From: an uncultured delta proteobacterium
Lineage (GTDB): Bacteria > Desulfobacterota > Syntrophobacteria > BM002
Length of the DNA stretch: 64,000 bases
NCBI GenBank assembly: GCA_963712115.1
Contig: CAVQGX010000027.1
Span: 32,001 to 96,000 of the forward strand
Reading direction: 5' to 3'
The translations under genes were made by a program, and so were the position numbers. This document shows, one piece after another, positions 1 through 9,063 of the stretch (position 1 is its first letter; each line of letters opens with the position of its first letter). The notes beneath the pieces are model-generated. The model searched no databases, was not told the origin of the DNA, and saw nothing but the letters and a program-made list of their open reading frames with translations.

Positions 1-1
1 G

Positions 2-626
2 GATACCTACCTGCCCTCTTGGATCGAACCACAGGAGGAAAGGCGAGAGATCAGAATTCAACACACCCTGCAATGCTTAGGGCTCGCCGATTTTTTCAGC
101 TGTATGAATATTTCCGTTCCGCCGGGCGGACCTCTGGCCAACATGGCGAGAAAAGAGGCCATGTCCTTGTTTCATCAAGGACTAGCACGGGTCGCTCCAC
201 TGGCCGAGGAATTGGGCATAAAGATCTTGGTTGAGCCGGAGCCCGAACTCTTGTTGGAAAATACCGGGGAATTCAAGGAGTTCATCAAAGATGTCGAGTC
301 ACCTGCCATTGGAATTAATTTCGATATTGGACACTTCTTTTGTGCTGGCGAGGACCCAAGTGCTGCCTTTGAAGAGCTTTTCGAGTGGATTGGACACGTT
401 CACCTCGAAGACATTGCTGCAACACGGGTCCACAATCACCTCATACTCGGACACGGAGCCATCAAGTTGTCGGAAGTTTTCAAAACTATGACCAGGCTGG
501 GATACCAGGGCGACGTCAGCCTTGAACTTTACCCGTATGTGGATACGCCCGAGGAAGCAGGCCGTGAAAGTCTTTCATTATCTCCGTTCTCTTCTCAAAG
601 AAACAGGGATTCAATTAGACATCTGA
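2..626 (+). CDS. Sugar-phosphate isomerase/epimerase (xylose-isomerase-like TIM barrel), 5'-truncated by the window; apparent +1 frameshift near 573
   Basis: Frame open from base 2 (DTYLPSWIEP...). Motifs ILVEPEP, NFDIGH, HVHLED, SLELYPY. Removing one T at about 573 gives HYLRSLLKETGIQLDI* ending at 626. Confidence 0.8.
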
Positions 627-699
627 CAATCTCAAGAAAAGCCCATAATAAGCTGTTCTGTAAGTGTTTCCCTTGCAATTCTTAGATATTTTATTTAAT

Positions 700-968
700 C
701 ATAGAAAACCTGGTCCCCGTTCAAGTTTCAATGGCTTTGCCTTTAAAGAGGTTTCAGTGTTCAGGTTTCAGGTTTTACCCTTTATTTTTCTTTTTACTGA
801 CACCTGACACCTGACACCTGACACCTAGAACCCTGAGATTTGGTGCTTGGAATTTGGGATTTCATATACTCCACCACTCTATTATTCCAGCATACCGCCA
901 CATGAGGGAAAGACCATTGTAACCCCCTCTGGGGCTTGCTAAGTCCTCGGGGCCCGAATTCTTCACTT
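700..968. mobile_element. Non-autonomous modular repeat element (family A, copy 1)
   Basis: Left end CATAGAAAACCTGGTCC and right end GGGCCCGAATTCTTCACTT. Internal (CTGACAC)x4 heptamers inverted against GTTTCAG-type units. Shares its right arm with 54437-54697. Confidence 0.65.
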
Positions 969-1007
969 CAGTTCATTTTATCTAGTTGCTCTCAGGAGGA
1001 GGACGTA

Positions 1008-1772
1008 GTGAAAACGGATCTAGCTAAATTTCAAGATGCACTGGTTAGACATGTGCGGTTGGGGAGCTTCCCGGTGGCAGTGCGAATGGTGAAACCGGGC
1101 GAGACTTTACCGGAAATGGTTAAACGCCCCGCACACGATCTGCAGATTACGGTCGCAACCTGCCAGGCCATTGCCATGGCAAGACGCTACGGCTGGGTTT
1201 TGGCCATAGGGGAAGAGGATATCTCATGTCCGTTGACCGCAGTTGCTTTTGGTTTTCGGCGACCGAGCGAGTTCTATGTAAAAGGCCAGGCCTGCGCTGG
1301 GATGTACACTGAAACTGAAGAGGCCGGAATGCTCTCAGAGGAACAGGTAGAGAAATTCTCCTTCGGGGAATATCAATACATACTGGTGGCCCCACTTCAC
1401 AGGACCGTTTTCGACCCCGAAGTGATAATAGTGTATGCAAACCCCGCCCAGGTTCTTAGACTGCTGACGGCAGCCCTGTGGAAATCTGGTGGACGTCTGA
1501 CCTCTAGTTTCGGGGGTCGAATTGACTGTGCAGAAGAGATTATTGTGCCCCGCCAATCGGAAAAATGTGAACTTATTCTCCCCTGTTATGGTGACCGCAT
1601 CTTTGCCCAAACCCAAGACCACGAGATGGCTTTTTCCATTCCCATATCTCGGGTTGAAGAAATCATAGACGGTTTGGAGGGGACGCATAAAGGGGGAGTG
1701 CGATATCCCATTCCCTCCTTTTTGCGTTATACCGGCGAGTTTCCAGAACATTACAAGAAGGCGGTGGAATAG
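1008..1772 (+). CDS. DUF169 domain-containing protein
   Basis: GTG start after GGAGGAGG. Typical pattern TCQAIAMARRYG...SCP...DCAE...LPCYGDR. Confidence 0.8.
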   Translation: MKTDLAKFQDALVRHVRLGSFPVAVRMVKPGETLPEMVKRPAHDLQITVATCQAIAMARRYGWVLAIGEEDISCPLTAVAFGFRRPSEFYVKGQACAGMYTETEEAGMLSEEQVEKFSFGEYQYILVAPLHRTVFDPEVIIVYANPAQVLRLLTAALWKSGGRLTSSFGGRIDCAEEIIVPRQSEKCELILPCYGDRIFAQTQDHEMAFSIPISRVEEIIDGLEGTHKGGVRYPIPSFLRYTGEFPEHYKKAVE

Positions 1773-1985
1773 CATAGCGCATAGCGCATGGAGCATGGAA
1801 TCAGAGGTCAGAGAACGGAGATCAGAGGTCAGTTAGGAGCCAGAATGCAGAATCCAGAATTCAGGAGAAAAGCAATCAAAAAAGAATTTTTCTCAACTAC
1901 TGGCTACCGGCTACTGACTTGATCTAAGCTTTTGCCTTAGGCCTTGTGCCTTGCGCCCTGAGCCTTTAAATCTATGCGCTATGCG
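1772..1985. repeat. Nested inverted heptamer tandem repeats
   Basis: GCATAGC-type units on the left mirrored by CTATGCG units on the right. Inner CAGAGGT/CAGAAT units face CTACTGG/GCCTTGY units. Confidence 0.6.
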
Positions 1986-2000
1986 TGTTGGGAACCAACA

Positions 2001-3014
2001 ATGTCCGACCGAGAAACTCTTGATCTGCAAAATTTCTATTTTCGTGGCCTTCACCCCCGCCTGTTCTTGGGAACGGCCAGCGACCGATATGCGGGTTGGC
2101 TAGGTCAGATCTACTCAGAAGAACGCTACACCGATAGAATCACCCGCAGGAAAAAAACCTTGGGCAAAATGTCATTCGTGGAGGAGGTTCTCCCAGTGGA
2201 TAGTGTTGAGGAGTACTTCCAACATTTCCGAGTCCTCGAGCTGGATTTTACCTTTTATCGCCTTTTGTTGGAAGAGGATGGACAGCCCACTCCAAATTAC
2301 CACGTACTCCAGAAGTACCGGCAGTACCTGAAAGAAGACGACAATGTCATAGTCAAGGTCCCCCAGGAAGTTTGCGCGCAAAAGATGTGGCGTGGGGGTA
2401 AGTTCGTCGAAAACAATAGCTATTTAAATCAAGATATCTTCACCCGGCAATTTTATGATCCGGCAGTGACCATCTTGGGTCCTTTCCTCACCGGGTTCAT
2501 TTTTGAGCAAGAATACCAACGTAAAAAGGATCGCTCCTCTCCAAAGGACCTGGCAGCAGACCTCGAGCTGTTTTTCGAGGAGATCCCGAAAGATAACCGC
2601 TACCACTTAGAATTGAGAACTGAGCCTTACCTTACTGATCCGGTGTTCAAGGTCATGGAAAAACATGGGGTTGGGCAGGTGCTGTCGCACTGGACCTGGC
2701 TTCCCTCCATTGGCAAGCAGTTCGCCAAATCAGGACGGAGATTTTTCAACTCCGGCGGCCAAAGCATAATCCGTTTGATGACCCCCCGTGGGGCACGTTA
2801 CGAAGAGGCCTACGGTCAAGCACATCCCTTCAACACCTTGGTGCCCTCCATGTTACACCCATCAATGGTAGAGGAGACAGCTGAGCTGATATGGGAAGCA
2901 ATTGATAACAATATTCGCATAAACATAATTGTGAACAACCGGGCCGGAGGAAACGCGCCTCTGGTGGCACAGCAAATTGGACTGCGGTTCTTGGAAATGG
3001 GTAAAAAGACATAG
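2001..3014 (+). CDS. DUF72 domain-containing protein
   Basis: LGTAS...YAGWLG, VLELDFTFY, VKVPQ, HLELR, IVNNRAGGNAP are characteristic of DUF72 (YecE-like) proteins. Confidence 0.8.
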   Translation: MSDRETLDLQNFYFRGLHPRLFLGTASDRYAGWLGQIYSEERYTDRITRRKKTLGKMSFVEEVLPVDSVEEYFQHFRVLELDFTFYRLLLEEDGQPTPNYHVLQKYRQYLKEDDNVIVKVPQEVCAQKMWRGGKFVENNSYLNQDIFTRQFYDPAVTILGPFLTGFIFEQEYQRKKDRSSPKDLAADLELFFEEIPKDNRYHLELRTEPYLTDPVFKVMEKHGVGQVLSHWTWLPSIGKQFAKSGRRFFNSGGQSIIRLMTPRGARYEEAYGQAHPFNTLVPSMLHPSMVEETAELIWEAIDNNIRINIIVNNRAGGNAPLVAQQIGLRFLEMGKKT

Positions 3015-3248
3015 ATGAGTTTAGCTCCACGAGGGACGATAATATTAGATAGCAGCTTGCAGCAGGCAGCAGACAGCAATAATCTTGATGATGACAAATA
3101 AAATAAAGAGGATTAAAAAAGCTTCATGTCCAAATAAAATCCAATACTCCAGTACTCCACCACTCCATTACTCCGACCCGACCGTTGGAGTCTCAGACCA
3201 TAGATTTTCTATAGTCACCCGCCTACAAACATACTCCCCGCAGCTAGT

Positions 3249-3935
3249 TCAGTAAAACACTTCCGTGTGGATCAGGGACCCGGGAAACCGCTCATCCACC
3301 AACAGGGTTACATCTCGGATCATCTCCTGTCGCCCGCATAAATAAAAGTCATAGACATTTGGAGGTAGATGTTCTGCAAGATAACGGCTAACTCTGCCGC
3401 GGAAAACATTTTCATCACTGCCGGCTTCATCTGCATCTGGAGCTAAACAAGGGATGTAAAGGCGAGCGGTTCGGCGAAAAATATCTTGGTAATACAAGCT
3501 CTTTGCCTCGTGCACACCATGGAGGAGAGTAAAGTCGGTTATACCACTACGGATCATAGAAAGAAAAGGGGCTATGCCTGTTCCAGTGGCGACAAAGACA
3601 GCAGGCTTGTCTGAGGGGCGATAAGTGAAATATCCGAGAGGGCCAGCGAAAGAGAGGCTGGTGCCCGGTTCGGCTGAAGCGAGTGTAGGTGAATACTCAC
3701 CCCCTTCGATCTTTTTTAAGCAGAGGGCGAGGGTAGGATCATTTGGTGCAGTGATCAACGAGTAATCCCGGTGAATGGCACCATGGAAGAGGCGGATACG
3801 CTGTCCAGCCATGAACTGAAAGGTGGAAGGCTTGGAGAGCATTACCTCAAAAACTTTGTCTGTAAGCCAAAGCCGATCAAGTACTTCGGTGGAATAAATC
3901 TGAACATCTTGTTCTTTTGAGGTCAATAGTTGCAT
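3249..3935 (-). CDS. FAD/NAD(P)-binding oxidoreductase (ferredoxin-NADP reductase family)
   Basis: RDYSL (RxYS), GGEYS, GPLGYF, ATGTGIAPF, YLCG and terminal EVFY motifs. The longer ORF start lies inside a repeat element. Confidence 0.85.
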   Translation of the reverse strand: MQLLTSKEQDVQIYSTEVLDRLWLTDKVFEVMLSKPSTFQFMAGQRIRLFHGAIHRDYSLITAPNDPTLALCLKKIEGGEYSPTLASAEPGTSLSFAGPLGYFTYRPSDKPAVFVATGTGIAPFLSMIRSGITDFTLLHGVHEAKSLYYQDIFRRTARLYIPCLAPDADEAGSDENVFRGRVSRYLAEHLPPNVYDFYLCGRQEMIRDVTLLVDERFPGSLIHTEVFY

Positions 3936-3944
3936 TAGGGTCCC

Positions 3945-4233
3945 GGAAACCTGGTCCTTCCCCGCATAGCGGGATCTTCGATGGACCAGGTCAGAGTTTA
4001 CTGAGGTTTCAGTGTTCAGGTCTATCATTTCTGAAAACTGACACCTGACACCTGAAACCTTAAGATTTGGTGCTTGAGATTTGTTATTTTAAAATGCTCC
4101 ACCACTCCATTACTCCAGGAGACTCACGTATCAAGGAAAGACCCATAAAGCCCTCTCTGGTGGCAGCTCAAAGCCAGGTCCTCCCTCCGGGCCGTAGGCC
4201 CTCTGGGCCGGAGGCTGGGCCTGGATTCTTTAT
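3945..4233. mobile_element. Non-autonomous modular repeat element (family A, copy 2)
   Basis: GGAAACCTGGTCC...GGGCCTGGATTCTTTA. CTGACAC heptamers and ACTCCAYY octamers. Right end overlaps the pduO-like stop codon. Confidence 0.65.
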
Positions 4234-4799
4234 TTCTTCCAGAGAGTATCAGGGAGCCCGTGGATCTTGTTGCAAAGCCGAGCAACCACGAAAAGGTAAT
4301 CGGAGAGGCGATTTAGATAAACAATCACATTCCTGAGCTGTTCAGAGTCCTCACTCCCAGTTTGAGTTGTCGAAAGCCTCACCACATGTCTCTCGGCTCT
4401 GCGGCACACAGTTCTTGCCACGTGAGCCCAGGCAGCCGAGATGTGCCCCCCAGGGAGAAGAAAATCCTTCAGGGTGGGAAGACTCTCATCTATTCGATCA
4501 ATGGCATCTTCCAGACCCTTGCTTTGCTCTTCGGTAATTTCCTCGAGTTCTGCTGAAACCGGCGAACCAGGGGTGACAGCGAGGCGGGCTCCAATGTGCA
4601 AGAGAACCGATTGAATCTGCTTTAATTCTTCTACTAGTTCAGCTTCCGTGGGCGGCAGTGCGGCAATTAAGCCTCCCAAAAAGCTGTTCAGTTCATCCAC
4701 GTCCCCGTAAGCTTCGACCTGGAGGTCTGATTTACTCACGCGCTCACCGCTGAAAAGGCTGGTTTTACCGCGATCACCACTACCTGTGTAGATTTTCAT
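4230..4799 (-). CDS. pduO: ATP:cob(I)alamin adenosyltransferase (PduO type)
   Basis: MKIYTGSGDRGKTSL, AYGDVDELNS, ARTVCRRAER, YLNRLSDYLF motifs. Confidence 0.93.
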   Translation of the reverse strand: MKIYTGSGDRGKTSLFSGERVSKSDLQVEAYGDVDELNSFLGGLIAALPPTEAELVEELKQIQSVLLHIGARLAVTPGSPVSAELEEITEEQSKGLEDAIDRIDESLPTLKDFLLPGGHISAAWAHVARTVCRRAERHVVRLSTTQTGSEDSEQLRNVIVYLNRLSDYLFVVARLCNKIHGLPDTLWKK

Positions 4800-4985
4800 C
4801 TTTTACCCCCTCGCTGAAGGCGGCATAATTGTTATTAGTGTCATACTAGGAAGAAACTCCGGTTAGTCAAGCTGTCGACACATTGAGACTGTTCAATATT
4901 TTTTTAAGCAGAGATCTCAAATAGTTATAACATCATGTTTTGGATGGTTACCCCTAGGAATTCTCGGTAAAAGTCTGTTTATGCC

Positions 4986-5080
4986 CTGGATTCCCGCTTT
5001 CGCGGGAATGACGACAGTATGCGATCGCCCGTCATCCTGGTCCCGCATCAAGTGCGGGATAGACTGCGGCGGGGATCCAG
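4986..5080. repeat. REP-like palindromic doublet (GTCATTCCCGCGAAAGCGGGAATCCAG type)
   Basis: CTGGATTCCCGCTTTCGCGGGAATGAC followed by a degenerate inverted copy GTCATCC...GGGATCCAG containing a CCCGCA...TGCGGG hairpin. Confidence 0.65.
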
Positions 5081-5266
5081 CTAGGTCAAAGCTTCAAGAA
5101 ATTCAAAGACTGAATTATTGAAAAGTCTCAAATTACAGGTGCTAAAGACCTTACCAATCGTTGGTTGCCCTTACCCAGGTGGGTGGCTGTTTTAATGCTA
5201 TTGCATTTCAATCATCCTTCTTATAACCTTAAAAATTAACAAAAAATAATAGAGAGGTGAAAGGCA

Positions 5267-6331
5267 ATGTCTTTATTTCTAAAAAAGGGTTCGAAGAAGG
5301 CCGGTCTTCCACCGGGAACTGTTGTTTTTGTGGGAGAGAAAAAAGTAGAGGAGATTAGGATCACAATTATTGATTACGATGAGCATCAATATGCGGAAAG
5401 AGAAGTCAAGAACATTGAAGAGTGTTTTTCCTTCAAGGATACTCCATCTATCTCGTGGATCAATATAGATGGTGTTCATCAAGTTGACGTTATCGAAAAA
5501 CTCGGGGCTCATTTTGTTCTTCACCCTTTGCTTCAAGAAGATGTGGTGAATACTCATCAAAGGCCAAAATTTGATGAGTATGACGATCATCTGTTTATTG
5601 TCTTGAGGATGTTTTTTTTAAATGAAGAGGAGAATGAACTGCAGGGAGAACAAATCAGTTTAATTGTTGGAGCCAATTTCGTCATCTCCTTTCAGGAGAG
5701 ACAAGGAGATGTTTTCGAGCAAGTCAGAGAAAGGTTGAGAAACGGTAAAGGCCGAATTAGAAAGAAGGGTAGCGATTATCTCGCCTATTCTCTGATTGAT
5801 GCCATCGTGGATAGCTATTACAAGATCCTCGAGGGACTTGGGGAAAACATAGAGTCGTTGCAAGAACAGATGGTGTCCGAGCCCAAGCAAGAAGACCTGC
5901 AAATCATCCAGCACCTAAAGAGGGACATGCTGTTTTTCCGCAAGTCGGTTTGGCCTTTACGTGAGGTAATAGGCGGTTTGGCAAAGAGTGAGTCGACTTT
6001 GATTAAAGAAGACGTTCTAGTTTATGTAAGAGATGTATATGATCATGTAATTCAAGCAATTGATACCATAGAAACCTTTAGAGACATGCTATCTGCCATG
6101 CTGGATATCTATTTATCAAGTGTAGGAAATAGAATGAATCAAGTTATGAAAGTATTAACTATTATTGCAACTATATTTATTCCCATGACTTTTCTGGCCG
6201 GCATATACGGAATGAACTTTAAGTATATGCCAGAACTTGAATGGAAATATGCTTACCTTGTGTTTTGGTTTGTTGTGGTTACAGTATTCATAATAATGAT
6301 AGCCTTGTTTAAGAAAAAGAAATGGTTATGA
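5267..6331 (+). CDS. corA: Magnesium/cobalt transporter CorA
   Basis: GLPPGT N-terminus, HPLLQED, QRPK, YGMNF (GMN) and MPEL signatures. Confidence 0.95.
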   Translation: MSLFLKKGSKKAGLPPGTVVFVGEKKVEEIRITIIDYDEHQYAEREVKNIEECFSFKDTPSISWINIDGVHQVDVIEKLGAHFVLHPLLQEDVVNTHQRPKFDEYDDHLFIVLRMFFLNEEENELQGEQISLIVGANFVISFQERQGDVFEQVRERLRNGKGRIRKKGSDYLAYSLIDAIVDSYYKILEGLGENIESLQEQMVSEPKQEDLQIIQHLKRDMLFFRKSVWPLREVIGGLAKSESTLIKEDVLVYVRDVYDHVIQAIDTIETFRDMLSAMLDIYLSSVGNRMNQVMKVLTIIATIFIPMTFLAGIYGMNFKYMPELEWKYAYLVFWFVVVTVFIIMIALFKKKKWL

Positions 6332-6464
6332 AAAGAAGTTCTGATCCCGCTTTCCCGACCACCACTCTATCTCGCCCACGATGAGCGCAGGCCACTCAGC
6401 ATAAGTTTTTCAGATGAGTCATACTCAGTGGGATAGAGGGGTTCGAGGGAGTGAGTAAGAGAGG

Positions 6465-6710
6465 ATGAGCATGGGCATTAAACGTATTGCCACGATTGTT
6501 CTTGGTTTGCTCTACGCCGTTTTCGTTATTCAGAACACCCAGGTGCTGGAGGTGCGCTTTTTGTTCTGGAGCACCCAGGTGTCCAGAGCACTGATTTTGG
6601 CGGGTACATTTGTCTTGGGATTTATTTTCGGGCAATTGTGGAGCTGGATAAGAAGAAAGAAGACCGAGACAACGAACAGGGATACGCCACAACTATCGGA
6701 AGGATCATAA
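6465..6710 (+). CDS. Small membrane protein, LapA/DUF1049-like
   Basis: Two hydrophobic segments with FVIQNTQVLEVRFLFW motif. Confidence 0.7.
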   Translation: MSMGIKRIATIVLGLLYAVFVIQNTQVLEVRFLFWSTQVSRALILAGTFVLGFIFGQLWSWIRRKKTETTNRDTPQLSEGS

Positions 6711-6730
6711 CCTGCACCAAGGAGTCGGCC

Positions 6731-7667
6731 ATGACTCACCTGACCAAGCTAATTGTCGCGGGCATAGATGGTTCCGAGGATGCACTTAACGCACTGGATT
6801 ATCTGGGGTTGATCTACGGGGCCAAGCACAATCTTGAGGTGGAAGTTCTCTATGTTCTGCCCGCTTTGCCGCAGATACTTGTAGCTGACCGAGATCGGAC
6901 GACCAAAATGAGACTGCTGGATGTTGAGAGGAAAAGTATCCAGTTAGCCGGGCGCATTCTCGCAGAGGCAAGATCCGTTCTATTCAAACAAGGTTTCAAA
7001 GACGAAGAGATCAAGGCATCTCATCTGAAAAAGCATTTTGGTATAGCTCGAGATATCTGCAACTTTGCAGGAGAGAAGGGTGCGGATGCACTACTTGTTA
7101 CCACGAAAGGAAGAAGCCGGCTTGAGGCCTTTTTTTTAGGAGAAATCTCAAGCAAAATATTGGACTATTGCCTTACCTGCCCGGTGTGGGTAGTGGAGGG
7201 TGCTGTTCAGTCGAAAAAGGTGCTTGTGAGCATGGACAACTCTGAAAATGCGCTCAGAGCGGCAGAATATGCTGGTTTCATGCTTTCCGGAACCGACTGT
7301 CAAATAACCCTCTTTCACTCCAAGCGTCATTTGAGACGTTTCGTCCCGCAGGAGGTAATCGAGGCTGCTCCCGAGCTGGAAGAGCTCTGGATGGACAAAG
7401 CGGGAGAGCAGATAGGTCCGCAGATGAAAAAGGCAGAAGAAATGCTTCGTGAGGCCGGATTAAGTGAGAATCAGATAAGCACCAAGATAGTTGACGGCAG
7501 CCGGAGTGCGGCCAGCGACATCCTGCATGAGGCCCGCTCCAGCGGCTGCGGGACTATCGTCTTGGGGAGGAAGGGGCGTCTCCGGGGTAAGAGAGTTTTT
7601 CATGGGAAGCGTAACCAGTAAAATCCTCCAGAGTAGCGGTGGATTGGCAGTTTGGGTAGTGCACTAA
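6731..7667 (+). CDS. Tandem-domain universal stress protein (apparent +1 frameshift at about 7575)
   Basis: IVAGIDGSE and VLVSMDNSE USP starts. Removing one G from AAGGGGCG restores GRKGVSGVREFFMGSVTSKIL...VWVVH* ending at 7667. Confidence 0.85.
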
Positions 7668-7695
7668 CTGACAGGGGCACGAGGGGTTTTACCAA

Positions 7696-8778
7696 GTGAA
7701 AGAACTTTTACAAAACTGGGAGGCCGTTACCATTCCCTTAGGCATCATCGCTGGGACCCTACTCCTAGCCGTTGCCGCGCACTATTTACTGTTCAAAATC
7801 TTAAACCGTTTGGCCAGAGGAACTGAGACCGCTGTAGACGATGCCCTGGTTAAACACTGCGCTGGACCAGCGCGGCTCATCATTCCGCTTTTAGCCGTAA
7901 GCTTTATTTCAACAATAGTGAGGTTTCCCCCAGGAATTCTGCCCTTCCTGAAGCAGACTCTGGCTTTGCTGTGGATCGTTGCGGTGGCATGGTTAGTGAT
8001 TAAACTTGCTTACGTTGTCGAAGATCTTATCCTCAGTCAGTATGCCATTGATGTCAGGGACAATCTGGCCGCCAGGAGAATTTACACCCAAATCCAAATT
8101 TTGAAAAAGGTTGTAGTTGTCGTTGTTCTGATCTTGGCCCTGGCGGCAGCCCTCATGACCTTTGAAAAGGTCCGCCAACTCGGCGCAACTCTTTTGGCTT
8201 CTGCTGGAATTGTCGGCATCATTGTGGGTATCGCCGCCCAAAAATCCATTGCTACCCTGTTTGCCGGAATTCAGCTGGCTATTACTCAACCAATGCGGAT
8301 AGATGACGTGGTGATCGTGGAAAATGAATGGGGCCGGATAGAAGAAATAACCCTGACCTATGTTGTAGTGAGGATATGGGATCTCAGGCGCTTGATCGTC
8401 CCCATAACCTATTTCCTTGAAAAACCTTTTCAGAATTGGACACGAATCTCAGCTGATATTTTGGGTACTGTGTTTCTCTACGTCGATTATACCGTACCAG
8501 TCGAGGCAGTGCGGACAGAGCTGAGACGCATTCTGGAAAACTCTCCACTGTGGGATAGGCAAGTCTGCGTACTGCAGGTAACCAATGCAACGGAGCGAAC
8601 CGTAGAGTTGCGGGCCCTTATGAGCGCTGCAGATGCCTCCAATGCCTGGCAGTTGCGCTGTGAGGTCAGGGAAAAACTTATAGAATTTATTCGGCAAAAT
8701 TATCCAGAGGGATTACCTAAAGTACGGGCTGAACTTCGTGAGCCGGCAAGAGACAAGCTTCAGTTGCAGGAAGAATAA
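7696..8778 (+). CDS. Mechanosensitive ion channel, MscS family
   Basis: LLASAGIVGIIVGIAAQ, GRIEEITLTYVVVRIWD, FQNWTR. Confidence 0.92.
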   Translation: MKELLQNWEAVTIPLGIIAGTLLLAVAAHYLLFKILNRLARGTETAVDDALVKHCAGPARLIIPLLAVSFISTIVRFPPGILPFLKQTLALLWIVAVAWLVIKLAYVVEDLILSQYAIDVRDNLAARRIYTQIQILKKVVVVVVLILALAAALMTFEKVRQLGATLLASAGIVGIIVGIAAQKSIATLFAGIQLAITQPMRIDDVVIVENEWGRIEEITLTYVVVRIWDLRRLIVPITYFLEKPFQNWTRISADILGTVFLYVDYTVPVEAVRTELRRILENSPLWDRQVCVLQVTNATERTVELRALMSAADASNAWQLRCEVREKLIEFIRQNYPEGLPKVRAELREPARDKLQLQEE

Positions 8779-9063
8779 GGCAGCTCTCACCTTCGTTTTT
8801 CCACACCATTGATGCTCTCTTCTTTTTGATCTTAAGACAATCTGGGAGGAAATGTTTCTGAAATATTTTCGTTTTGGTGAAGTTGCTGAGGCTGCCTATT
8901 TGGGTTGTTTTTGTATCTGAGATTAAGTATATTCCCCCGGTCTCTTAGTTTAGGATAAGTTTGTTATTGCCAGGCAAAAAACAGGTTAGAATGGTTCTAC
9001 TTGATGTGGCGATAGAATGGGACAGGGGTTAACGCCCATTAATGTGAGTGCTTTGAAAAAAAC

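Noticed and set aside
797-830. Tandem repeats considered as a CRISPR array
   Set aside because: 7-8 bp units without unique spacers, and no cas genes in the window.
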